Position numbers and translations under genes: made by a program. A stretch of 64,000 nucleotides of DNA, taken from Syncephalis fuscata S228. Its lineage: Eukaryota; Fungi; Zoopagomycota. Positions 36,919 through 49,255 of this stretch are shown one piece after another (the first letter of the stretch is position 1; the number at the start of each line of letters is the position of its first letter). Location: positions 62,001 to 126,000 of the forward strand of contig JAHLTZ010000033.1 in the NCBI GenBank assembly GCA_025786725.1. The letters run 5' to 3'. The notes under the pieces are model-generated. The model saw only the letters and a list, made by a program, of their open reading frames with translations. It did not search any database and was not told the origin of the DNA.

Positions 36919-38820
36919 ATGCTTCTTTCCGGCACACTACTAAATACGGTTTATGCTCATTCCTGTTTTGAAGCGATAGTTTCGGGAAGAACGCAACCGC
37001 CATTAACGCTTAATGCCTTTCGCGCCTATCTAAGAATTTGCGGCGCTGGTGAAGCCGAGCTGCTGCAATTTTGGGAATGGCACCAAATGTATAAGGAACG
37101 ATTTGATAGTCTACCTCCTATGGTGCGTTCTAGAGCGCGTCGTCCCTCTGAATTGCAATTAGAGCTCCATCAGCGCTTGCCGAGCAGCACTCAACCGCCT
37201 GCAAACCACCATCATACACCTAGTGTAGCCTCTTCTAGTTCACCAATACTAGAGTCGGTGCATCTAAATGAAATATCGGTGATTAAACACCCAGTACCAG
37301 CAGTTACAGTGACCCATGCATCGGGTACGCCCATGATAACACCAGCGACCACCATGGCGTGTTTGGGCGTTACAATGTACGACAAACGAGATGGCGTCGA
37401 AATATTGCCATCTATTTTGGAAACAGCCCCATTAACAATGGGACATGATCTCAATGATCTAGGCATAACATCAGATGCATCCAATAACCATTTAGCAAAA
37501 AACAATTCTATTGAATTAACAGCATCGACTCATCCATTACAATCATTTGAATGGCCAGGTGTGGAAAAACTCGCACTTGAGCCAAGAGAAATGATTACTT
37601 TAACAGCCAACAACGATGCCGCGGCAGCTATAGCTATGCGTGTGGTGGCAACGGCTGGTGAAATACCCGCCTCTATTCCTCTCCAATCCATTGATAGTCA
37701 GACATCAATGACTACCGATGCATCAATGGATGATGCATCGTCTATTACTCCAACTACATTCACTAGAGGTAGAGTGGATACTGGCCATACAACTCAATCA
37801 AATCGACCAAAGAAGCGTAGACCACCACTACAACAAGAAGTCAGTTTAGTTATGCAACGCTGGTTTCCCGATACATCAGCTCATCATTCGTTATCAGTGG
37901 CTGATGAAACAATTCAGCCTGAATCTATTGAACCTTCTTCTTCTACACCTCGACGACCAGCCAAGCTATTTGGCCACTCACCATTTGAGCACAAGAGTAA
38001 TTTACAACATCACGAAGAACAAACAGAACTGGAATTACCCGATCCTAATACATCCATCACTTCTAGTGCAGACATGTCCTCTTTATCACTAGTCGAACAA
38101 GGACTAGACCATGATGGTCACGACACTGGGCCGTCCTGTACTTTGCCTCTGCCCAATACGCCGGCCATAAGACTTGCCCTTAGTGAACTACATCGAATGG
38201 CGGCTCATACAACACATCCTGATATATTCTTACCTATGGTGGCTGCGGCAAAAAACCGTTTGGCCGACTATCATTTGCCAAGGTTTGTAGCGAGTCTAGT
38301 TCGGAATGTTAGTCATCGTACGGCTCATATCCGTATGTTTCTTGCTGCAGTCACTTGTCTTTTATGTGTCATTGGTATCTTTATTTGCTTACTTTTCCAT
38401 GCCAATCCTTATTTACGTCTGATCCCATTATTGATTATGATTCAGTCGATTTGCTTTGTACTATTCAGTCATTTTGGCCTTTGTCTGTATCGACTGTATT
38501 GTCAATACAGACGAGATAAGGCAACATCACATTTACAAGACGACACCACTAATGAGCCACCTAACCAGAGTGATCAATGTCGTCCTTCAATCATTAGTAT
38601 GCATCGCCACTTTTCAGCTACTCAACAACAGTGGCGACAACAACAACAACAACAACAGCAACAACAATTATATAGTTGTGACAACACTTTTGATGATATT
38701 CATTGCGTATATAGTACACAAAAACGTCTTTGTGTACGTTTACTTGCACTCTGTCTATTATTATCGGCCGCTTTAATTAGTATTGGTATGCTATTGCCCA
38801 ATATTCCTAAAAACGATTGA
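36919..38820 (+). CDS. RGS-domain membrane protein (fungal Rax1/RgsB/RgsD-like; split RGS plus 3 C-terminal TM helices)
   Basis: FEAIVSGRTQPPLTLNAFRAYL...ELLQFWEWHQMYKERF and HTTHPDIFLPM...LADYHLPRFV RGS halves around a disordered insert, followed by three hydrophobic helices. Confidence 0.8.
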   Translation: MLLSGTLLNTVYAHSCFEAIVSGRTQPPLTLNAFRAYLRICGAGEAELLQFWEWHQMYKERFDSLPPMVRSRARRPSELQLELHQRLPSSTQPPANHHHTPSVASSSSPILESVHLNEISVIKHPVPAVTVTHASGTPMITPATTMACLGVTMYDKRDGVEILPSILETAPLTMGHDLNDLGITSDASNNHLAKNNSIELTASTHPLQSFEWPGVEKLALEPREMITLTANNDAAAAIAMRVVATAGEIPASIPLQSIDSQTSMTTDASMDDASSITPTTFTRGRVDTGHTTQSNRPKKRRPPLQQEVSLVMQRWFPDTSAHHSLSVADETIQPESIEPSSSTPRRPAKLFGHSPFEHKSNLQHHEEQTELELPDPNTSITSSADMSSLSLVEQGLDHDGHDTGPSCTLPLPNTPAIRLALSELHRMAAHTTHPDIFLPMVAAAKNRLADYHLPRFVASLVRNVSHRTAHIRMFLAAVTCLLCVIGIFICLLFHANPYLRLIPLLIMIQSICFVLFSHFGLCLYRLYCQYRRDKATSHLQDDTTNEPPNQSDQCRPSIISMHRHFSATQQQWRQQQQQQQQQQLYSCDNTFDDIHCVYSTQKRLCVRLLALCLLLSAALISIGMLLPNIPKND

Positions 38821-39102
38821 ACAAGCATTACATTTACTAGTAACCGTCGATCCCACGCCTATTAGTTGCGTAAAACTGCACTTTTACGTTATTTTTGTGT
38901 ATTCTAATTAATCACTCATTATAGCATTTAAATTTAAACGAAATAAACAACAATAATAAACACTAATAATAGACATCAATATAGATATGAATATGAATAT
39001 AATTGCTTTAGAATAGGGATTAAAATGAAACGTTGTAAACAGTTATATTCTCTCCTTTTCCATGCTCAGTTCACTAATTGTGATGTCATGCTTTGTGGCG
39101 TA

Positions 39103-40429
39103 TTAAAAAAACCAAAAACCTAAAAAGAAGGAAAACGCGGCCACGCCCACAATGGCTTGCATAGATAGTGTTACTGTATTGTCGTTTTTCGACTTTACCG
39201 CTACACGACCTGCATCTCCTGCTCGACGTTGTCGGGCCTAAATATAGCATTGATTACATAATGGATTAGTTGGCTGTGATGCTATATTACCAACCAACAA
39301 CACTTACCACAGACTGAGCCTCATTAAGTTCCCGTTGTTGGCGTTCATTTCTTTCGCGTAATTGACGGATAGTCGATTTAGCCTAAATAACAATCACTCG
39401 TTAGTATATGCTATATGTCGTTAATTGTCTTAATAACTAACCTCTCGAATCTCACGCTGCAATGAGTTCACCATAGCATCATCCTATCATTAATAATACA
39501 AATAGTTAATGATATGAATAATTAATCAGCTGCCATTAAGTCTTATTTAAATGTAAAAGTAATAGAATGGCCACTATTATAGTTACTCAGCTACTTCTAT
39601 ATAACTTACCGATGGTCTTTGTAAAGCAGGATCTGATGCTAAAAGTGATGCATCTTCTCCATCACCTGCTGCTGCTGCCGCTGCCGCTGCTGAACCGCCT
39701 TCATTGCGGCTTTCAGGCGGCATTAAAAATGCACAACGTAGTTTCCTTTCGGTCATTTCGCTTCGGTTTTCACGTTCCATTAATTGCCACTGGATTGGTA
39801 AAATATTAAATATAGATTGTTTTAATTATTTAATTGATACGCCACCTCAATTCATTTATAATTAATACTTACGAGTTCAGATATGGGTAGACGGTCCCGG
39901 TCTGCAGGAATTGCCACTGATTGTACTAAAAACTTGTCTTTGCATCGGAAATCAGGTGGTGGATCCTCGCGCATTGGTTGTAACACCACTAGAATTCAAT
40001 AAAATACTACGTTAGATGATATACTTAGGCTATTTAGCTTTGCTTTAATTGTTCTGGCCCGTAACCAATCAGAAGCAATCGTGGTTCAAAGACGCAACAA
40101 GTAAGAAAGATTAGCAGTTGTTATATGTTTACCTTGTACATCGACCGTCTCACCCGGCTCAATACGGCCGGCATTAGGCCGTACGCAGTACTGCTTTGGT
40201 GTGGTCGTTTTAACCTTGAAGGCAACCGGAGAAGTGCTTGGATTATGAATAAGCAGCACCTCTTTCACCATTTGGTTGAAAGGGCCTAAATAAAGCGTAT
40301 AGATTAGCCGGTGACCAAACATCGCGTAATAATACTCGGCTTCAACGCAGTACGTCATAGACAGTGACATCAGCCATAACACTTACGAGTAAAGGTAAGT
40401 TGAGTATCGGGGTCCAATTCAACAGACAT
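39103..40429 (-). CDS. SCS2: VAP/Scs2 ER membrane protein (MSP domain, coiled coil, C-terminal TM), multi-exon
   Basis: MSVELDPDTQLTFTR|PFNQMVKEVLLIHNPSTSPVAFKVKTTTPKQYCVRPNAGRI...|VVLQPMREDPPPDFRCKDKFLVQS; tail anchor IVGVAAFSFFLGFWFF*. Confidence 0.93.
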
Positions 40430-41135
40430 GATGGCAAACTTGTAGTAGTTACAGTGTTAGAAGAAACGTTGGAAATACCAGGAAATAAAAGGCGATAAGT
40501 GTGAACAGGCACGTAAAGAACAGATAGAAAGAGAAAGAGATGAACGACGACGGCGATGATTGAAGAGTTGGCTTTAGAACGACAGGTGTTGGTGGTTGGT
40601 TCTTTTGTTATGGCTGGAGGGAGAAGAAAGATGTCCGATGTGTGTGTGTGAATGTGTGAATGTGTGTATGTGTTGTGTGTGTAATAATATTGATGCCCAT
40701 AAAGTCAGAAAGTTATGTAGAGGAAACAGATAGACTGACACTGATTAAATGACTGGTTGACTAATCAATGGGTAGATATAGACAAGTAGACAAGGCATGG
40801 CATGTCTACTTGGCAATTGGTTCTAACATCCAGTATATCCGCTGTGTACTGCACGATAAGTACACACACGTTTAATAAAATCTAAAGGGACAAGGTGGAT
40901 TAAATATGGAGATATTTAATAGCGTGGCAAGGGGTTCGGCACGCATGGTATGTTCATGCAACATTATGGTCTGATCGATAGAACATGTCGTGGCATGATA
41001 GTACTGTCCAAATGTTTATGCGGTATCAAGTTTATACGTGTGGTAAGAATGTAAATAAACAAGTGGCGGTTTTAAACACTTGTTTATTGGTTGTTTCTGA
41101 ATTTGTTAAGTTTTTTTCTATTTAAATTCACCACC

Positions 41136-42022
41136 ATGTCGGGCATCTGTCAACAACGTCTGGCCGAGGAACGTCGACAATGGCGTAAGGATCATCCCTA
41201 TGTAGGTACTGGTATCTGTAGCGGCAATACAGCTATAGTCATCTAGCAAAATATAGAATCATCGCGATAAATAACTAATAACGCTGATCGTAGGGATTCT
41301 ATGCTCGACCTAGAAAAAATGACGATGGTAGTATGGACCTAATGACTTGGGAATGCGGTATTCCCGGTAAGCCAGACGTAAGTAATAATGACTAGATATA
41401 AACTATTGCTTAATAATATGAATACAAATAGACGGCTTGGGAGAATGGTGTCTATAAGCTTGTATTGATATTTCCAGAAGGTATGTAATTATTAGTTTTT
41501 TTGATTAATTGATTGATTGATTAATTAATAACATGTTATTAAATATAATATTTATTAGACTACCCAAGCAAGCCACCTAAATGTAAGTGAATTTTTAGTT
41601 GACTTGATATTGGATGATTAATACTATGCTATGTTTACTGTAATCTATCTAGGTAAATTCACGCCACCTCTTTTCCATCCCAATGTCTATCCTTCAGGTA
41701 CCGTTTGCCTATCCATTATCAATGAAGATCAAGATTGGAAGCCTGCCATTACTATGAAAGAAGTAAGTAATGTAGTATTTGATTTTATTAAATAGCGTTA
41801 ATGACAAGCAATAGATTCTTTTGGGCATTCAAGATCTACTTAACGATCCAAATCCTATGAGTCCTGCACAGACTGATGCTTATACACTATTCCGGTAAGT
41901 ATTCATTCATATAATGAATAAATTAGTATTATTTATCTATCTATCTATTTATTTCTAGAAAGGACCCAGATGAATATCTTCGACGTGTACGTCAACAAGC
42001 TCGTGAAAACATGCCTGCTTAA
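41136..42022 (+). CDS. UBC9: SUMO-conjugating enzyme Ubc9, 7 exons
   Basis: [22 protein letters not shown]|GFYARP...[13 protein letters not shown]...DYPSKPPK|[23 protein letters not shown]...WKPAITMKE|[19 protein letters not shown]. Confidence 0.97.
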
Positions 42023-42184
42023 TGAAGATGAAGATGATGGTGCTAATAATAATAGTAATAACAATAATAATGATTTTAAAATAAAACCTTGCCTTTTGCG
42101 TTCTACACCACACATAATACTACAACCTTGATTCCTCCTTTTCTTTTTCGTACAAACACATTGACCACTAACCACCAAGTAACC

Positions 42185-43119
42185 ATGATACCACGCCTGG
42201 TGCAGCGTCGTTTGGCGCATCCAGCCTTGCGTCTAGTGCGTCCTTATGCCAGTGAGGCATCTACCGCGGCATACCCAGCAGAGAAAGGTGTGTTTCGTCA
42301 GCTAGTCTACAGATGAGAATGGATAGAAACAACTACAAGATTCATAAAGATGAATTAGAAAGAAAGAAAGAAAGTGCGGCAATACTATAAAGGAATGGGA
42401 ATAAGGCTATAAACACGATCTAAAGATTAGCGCAACTAACAATACAATAAACGCGCTGTGTGATTTAGGTGGCAGTGCTAAAGTTTGGATAATAGCACTT
42501 GCCAGTATGGCTGGTATGGTGGGTTGGACCGAATTGGATCGCCGCATTACAGATAACGGCAAGGTAGGCAATGAAAATAAGAGAACCTACACAAATAAAG
42601 AGAATAGCTCAGTTGTTTGTTGGTGGTGTTGTAATGTTACGTGAATACCATTGCTATTGTCGTTTATTTCATTTAATATGCGCATGCTTACACTAATCGA
42701 TCCATTTACCCATCGACAATCCTAGAAAGAACATCCGATCGCCGCGTTTATTGATGGTCTGCGCACCGATAGCGAAACGTGGACAAGTCGTAGTGCAAAG
42801 CATTTCGAACTAGTAAAGGAGGCGATTGACGACTAGTAAGTTACGGTGGTGCGACGAGCGATGAGTATCGTGAACTAACGCTACACTATCTCTAGCATGG
42901 TCTTTTCTACTACTAAGCGACCTCATATGTATCGTTTACGGGATCCACTGTAAGTGAACCTATAATTTACACGATATTAGTTGTAGTACTGTTTCAACTA
43001 ACACTGTGGTGATGGGTGGACTGATTAGCTCGTTTGAACGGGCTAGTCCATTTGCAGTGCCAGTTGGTTCGGAGGTTGATCTTTCAGATTTGCGTGTACG
43101 CACCGATACTACAATTTAA
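42185..43119 (+). CDS. Mitochondrial complex I accessory subunit (fungal 17.8-kDa/NUNM-like), 5 exons
   Basis: Presequence MIPRLVQRRLAHPALRLVRPYAS, one TM (VWIIALASMAGMVGW), C-terminal SFERASPFAVPVGSEVDLSDL motif. Confidence 0.72.
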
Positions 43120-44749
43120 ATTGTCAGATCTGGCGATGATATGAGCAAAAGTCTGTTCTTTACTGTGCAAAAGCAGTATCAATACTTGGAACATCAATAT
43201 TGTTGTCCATTGATAGTGCGAATGACTCTAGACCAGCTATTGCCGTCCAAATATCTGCAGTTTTATTCTAGGCCTCTATGCCGGTCTATTGCTCATTGCC
43301 TATAATAACAATAAAGATTGGCAATTCAATACATTTTAGCGTAATGCCATTGAGAGTTTAATTGGTTAATAGCAATATCTAAATCATTATTATCAAATTT
43401 ATTTATTTATTATTTAGTTTGCTTTGCATTAATACATTAATAAAGCTTTTTAATTGTCATGTGCTAAACCGAGTATAATATTTGTGTTTTCATGATAAAC
43501 GACTATATACTCAATGCCATCCAATTGACTGTCTTCAAGGATTTGGGGCAACATTTAGCATTGTTATAAAATGTTGTATTAATAAAACAATAGACTGGAC
43601 GAATATATGATTTACATGTATACAGGATAACAGCGCATTATTACAATGAGCTAAATTACATAAATGAGCGGAGCTTTAAATTAAGCTTTGTTGCATTTAT
43701 TGTACTTGAAAATTGTCCTACCATACACCTTATGCTATACGCTTTATTATAGTTTCAACAATGGTCTTAATAGCTATGCGTCAATTAGATAGATTAATTA
43801 GCATAGCAATTATAATAACTGTATGATTATTATATATATATGTATATTATTATTATTAAATGATAACTGTGTTAAAATAACATACCTAATTATGATTATC
43901 TTTATAATCAAAATAGCTGCTATGATGCTAAAGCTTAGCAATGTTGGAGTTGATTAAGATTACTTAATATAATAATCGTATTAAGAATACTTTAATTAAG
44001 TTTATATTTATCGATAGTAATAATAACAATAAAGCTCAGCGATTGTAATATATTTTAGCATAGCGTCATTTATAATAAATAATAATAAATGAAGCTTTAC
44101 TATTGCTTATTAATTAAAAATTGGCAATTTGTAAAGTAAAAAAGTGCCATTTAAAATATAATTAAATGTGTTACAATACTTAAAGTGAACAGGCCTTAAT
44201 TAGAGCTCTTCTGTAAAAATGGCATTGACTAATTGAAGCAACAAGCGGCACCTTTTCGTTTTACAAACAAATAGTTAGTTGACGGCCAATGATAACAGCA
44301 CTTAAGACGTTATCACTAGAAAGAATGTAGTAGATTTCAATTATTTGCTTCTAATTTGCATTAATACATTAATAAGGTTGCTTAATTGACATGTTTTAAA
44401 ATGAAATGTAATACGAACGGGTCGGCAATCACGCGCGCAGTATATAGACCCGATTAAGGCCTCAATAGTCGTAGATTTGCCATACATATGACAACACCAT
44501 TAAACGTTTCGCCTATTGTTGTCCCTTGTAAACGATACAATTGTTTACAAAACTCAGTTACCCTCGTCTTTAAGGACTGGAGAAGGGGAATATTATTGAA
44601 GATGTACTTGATAGAGTCATTAAAATTGTTATAAAAGGTCTTTATTTTAACAAAGCATCTAACGTTCATTATTCAAACGTATCAAAACCCAACTTACTTT
44701 ACTGGCACCACATCCCTCCATTTCTACCGACCATCTTTCTAGTTTGCAA

Positions 44750-44781
44750 TACGATTAACGATTAACGATTAACGATCAACG
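44750..44781. repeat. (ACGATTA)n heptamer tandem in the 5' region of the M36 gene
   Basis: acgattaacgattaacgattaacgatcaacg. Confidence 0.8.
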
Positions 44782-44906
44782 CTTACCGTTTAAATTCTTA
44801 TTTATATCTTTATCAAAGTTAGCGAACAAACAAACGCCAATCATTTACCTATTTCTTAGTACTGCGTACTACAACCTTTCATCCCTAACGCCTTTAACGT
44901 ATCATC

Positions 44907-46921
44907 ATGCATGCTGACTTACGCGTTGCCTCGCTAATTTTGGCATTCTCCAGTATCACCTCAGCGGCTATTCAGCGCATTGAGGTCAAGCCAATTGTTC
45001 CACACGTTGTTACTAAATCTGCTGTTCGCAGTTTATCATCCTCATTAAGTGAGTACAAACCACCACCTTCATTCAGCCCACGCAGTCCACAGGATACTGC
45101 TCTTCAGTTCGCTCGTTCACAACTCAGTGTCAAAGATGGGGATTTTGTCGTAACAAGCTCATACAAGACACAATTAAGCGGCACTACGCATGTTTACCTT
45201 CAGCAAACCATTAAAGGAATTAAAGTCTTCAACGGCAAAGTAGGCATTCATGTCGACAAGGCCAATAAAATTATTGCCTATGACGACAGCTTTTTCAAAG
45301 ATAATTCAGCCAATAAGACAAATGGATCCGCGCCCGATACTCAAGCGAGACAGTCTACTGACCCTCATCAAGCTGTGTCAAAGAAGCTAGAAGCAAGACA
45401 ACTTAAAACGTGGAGCGGACAAACAAATGGATTTGTTTCTCCTGTCGATGCTTTTGGCCTATTTGCATCGTATATTAATCGACCATTTGACGCAAGTAAA
45501 GTAATAATTACTCCACAGACAAATCCATCCGGTGGCCAGTCCTATTTACTCAAGGGCGTTCAGTTTGCCATACAAGATGTCGAGGTGACGCAGTCTTACA
45601 TCCAAGCAAATGCCAATGAGCTGGTTCCAGCCTGGGAATACAGCGTTAAGATGCCATTGAACTATTTCCACGTTCACATTTCGGCCGATGGCAGAAAGAT
45701 TATTTCAATGGTCGATAAGATTAGATTTGCTAGTTATCGTGTTAACAAGTTAGGCGAGAATAATCCCGTTAGTACGCCGCGTGAACTGGTTGTTGATCCC
45801 GCCGACAAGATTGCTTCCCCGAACGGCTGGCACGTTCAAGGAACAAAAAGGTTTACAACGACCATTGGAAACAATGTCTACGCTCAAGAGAATTACAGCA
45901 ATAAACAGGATGGTTGGAAGTCAAATTATCGTCCAGATGGCGGAAAAGACCTGAAATTTGACTTTCCTTTTGATGCTAGAAAGGCACCAAAAGATAATAT
46001 TAATGCAGCAATTACCAATTTGTTTTACGTTAATAACATTATGCACGATGTTTTTTATCGTTACGGTTTTGATGAGGCAGCCGGCAACTTCCAAGAGGAT
46101 AACGGTAGTAAGGGCGGTTTAGGCGGCGATGCTATAGCTGCTCATGCGCTCGATAGCTATGACTTGCCCGAGGGAAGTGAAACGAGAAATAACGCTGCAC
46201 TTTTTCCTGAGCCCGATGGCAAGCGATCTGTAATGGTTATGTTTGGCTTTAATGGCTTAAAGCCGGATCGTGATGGCGATTTGGAAAATGATATTGTATC
46301 ACATGAATACGGCCACGGTATTTCACATCGACTGACCGGTGGACCAGCAAGTATTTCCTGCATGGATGGCGAGGAAACAGCGGCATGGACGAAGGTTGGA
46401 GCGACTTTTACGCCTACTGGCTTGAAATGAAGGCATCGGATAAGCCAACAAAGAATGTCGAAATGGGCTGGTATGTTACAGGCCAAAACATTCGCAATTA
46501 TCCTTACTCGACAAACATGGCGACAAATCCATTGACCTACAACTTTTTAAACGATTCTAAATGGCTTTCTGAACCTCACAACATGGGCGAAGTTTGGGCC
46601 AACATGCTTTACGAAGTTTACTGGGCACTAGTCAACAAACTTGGTTTTCACAAAGATAAATACTCGGCCGATGTCACAAAGGGCAATACGCTTGCACTTC
46701 AGCTTGTTATTGATGGCTTAAAGCTACAGCCATGCAATCCAACCTTCACAAATGCACGCGATGCCATCCTTCAAGCTGAACAGCAGCTAACGGGCGGCAA
46801 GCATGCTTGTGACATCTGGAAAGCGTTTGCTAAGCGAGGACTTGGAGTAAAAGCAGCTATTGCCAACGATGGCAACAATAGAATTGCAAGTAACGATGTG
46901 CCAACTCGGTGCAAAGCCTAA
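44907..46921 (+). CDS. Fungalysin (M36) secreted zinc metalloprotease, intronless; one apparent single-base frameshift at ~46380
   Basis: Signal peptide, FTP propeptide (THVYLQQTIKGIKVFN), ASPNGWH, TTIGNNV, GFDEAAGNFQ, HEYGHGISHRLTGG; one added G gives GGMDEGWSD; then LKLQPCNPTF..ARDAI..AFAKRGLG. Confidence 0.93.
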
Positions 46922-49255
46922 GTAATAGCAAATTAGTGCGTGTGTGTGTGTGTGTTTGTGCGTGATGTTTTACATCCGTAATAATATTGATAATCATTGT
47001 TATGCCTTTCATGAATTAATAAAAATGATGACTTCATTGTCCATGCTTTTGAAAGCACGAATAAACCAGTTAAACCAGTATTTTACGATAAACAGCGCTG
47101 GCACCACGTGATGTGATGCTATGCTGTTCTTTATTCATCTGGATTTCTTTTCTTTTCATCCATCTTTTTTGCAGCATGCATCTGGGGTCTATAGCGTTGT
47201 AGACTATACCCTCATTTGTTCTGCAGCAGTGTGTGGTTGTTCAAACAGCTGCGACCTATGCTGTTTACAAAGGAACCAGTTATAACGTTGTCTGACTAAC
47301 TATCAGCTAGATGGTAGCACAATGAAACTAGTATTGTTCATGTTGCGAACCTCGTCAACAATTGCAAAAATGATGAAACTTTGTAACCATCAATCGACGA
47401 GTGCATGTCTGGGATTACTTATTCTGTTTGTGAACAAACAAAAATGATACGCGGAGCAAATATTAATAGGAAAGTAAAAATCGGTGCATGAGTACCTTTC
47501 TGTTAGAATACCGATATTTGGTAAATTCGCACATTTTAATTAAAAAATACTCGTGCACTTACCTTTGACGTATTAATTATTATGGAAACGTTTTCGTCGG
47601 AGTAAAGTTGCTGCGATACATGCCTATAACTGTGTATAGCTCGATCCTCATGGAAATGGCTTATCTGGTAAAACGAGCCAGCATCCATAAGGATACAATT
47701 GCGCACAAACATAGGTATGTATTGCTGCACTCCAAAAAACAATTCCTCCTATCAAAAGCACTACATTAAACTGTCATGAATACATAGCCCAATAGCAATG
47801 GCAATCACGGCAGCGGTAGCAAGAACCATACCGGCGTGGCCGCATGTATAATTTACAATGCATGTCCAAATCTATTAATGCTGATTCGTGCAAAAAGCTT
47901 TGGAAATTAACGAATCAGCGTAAAGATATTGTCTTGATTCCCCTTCTGTTTCAACCCCATTTGTGCATGCATCATTTACAGAGAAAGAAAGTGTGAATAA
48001 TGAGTGAGGAGGGGAGTAAGACCGGTTTATTCTTGCTCCAGCTATGTTTATCGGCGAACAACTGCCTTAGGCAAATAAACAGTGTTTTGTCATGCCGCAG
48101 TAACACCCGAGTATAATTTTCAAACCAATTTTACGATAGTAAAAAGTAATAAATGTATTTAGTAGAACGGCGCGTTCTACGCTATTAATAGTGCAAAAAT
48201 ACTAATATCACATGGCTTGTCCGCCGGGTGCAATCGTATGTTTCAGTCGGAGACCCTTCTATCTATTTGTATTCATTGTCAGCTACACTTGTTCCCGCAA
48301 ATGCCAATAAAATAGCGACTATCATCAAGTTGTTGTTGTTTCATCCATAAAGTATGCAAAGAATGAAATCGGATTGGTGGATATCATTGTGCCAGAGGTG
48401 CTCAACAGGCGACCCGCCTTAGACTGGGAAACTATGCATGCACCTGTTGCAGGCACTTGCTCGTTCGTTCTCCGGATTTATTGCTATCCATGCTGCGTTT
48501 TCGTTATCGTAAGGCAGCAATAATATCCATTGCCATCACCACTGTATATAGTAATTGCAATGTGGTTGGTGGCTGGCTGTTCTGCGAATGCCTCTGCTCT
48601 ATTTTCGGCTCAAAGATGCTATCACCCTGTTTCTGGCCATCTTTCTCCTTTGTACTCGTTCGAATGGAAGGCGTGTACACGAATGGCAGGACAAAGAGGA
48701 TTTAGAAAACACGTTATTCGTTCTGGGTCCCTATTTTTATTTCTGTCTCATCTCCTTCCTTGTAACCAAATAAGGCATACTCATATCGAATGCCATAGAA
48801 GCGTACCATCTCCGCCTCTCTGTTCGCCGAGCACCTATTCTGTGTGACCGCGCCGTTTCGCCTTGTTTGAGCGGCAGCGCCTCTTCCTTCACACTCCTTC
48901 TTACTATATTATAAAGGCTTGGTAAATTGTACCCATCTCTTCTATCCGTACTCTTCCTCTTGCTAGTCAGACCTCAAGAAAACGCTCGCTCACATACACT
49001 TGCTGTGATCATTAGTCTGCCTTATTAGTACGACTAATCGCATCGCTTGCATCTTATTTCGCTATTCATTCAACTTCTAGTTACTTCTGCACGGCTATTG
49101 TCCGCACAGTTGCCTGATTTTTTTATTTCGATCCGGTATCGCTGAGCCTGCGCGGTCGATTCCTACTATTATACCCGCTTTTTGCGTATCATTAGTGCCG
49201 TTTAAATTACAACGCTTTTGCGTCTATTATTCTATTTTAGTTAAATTAGTTCATC

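Noticed and set aside
46370-46390. Programmed ribosomal frameshifting or RNA editing at the frame breaks
   Set aside because: No shared slippery motif, and the same single-base losses occur in non-coding parts of the duplication, which favours assembly error.
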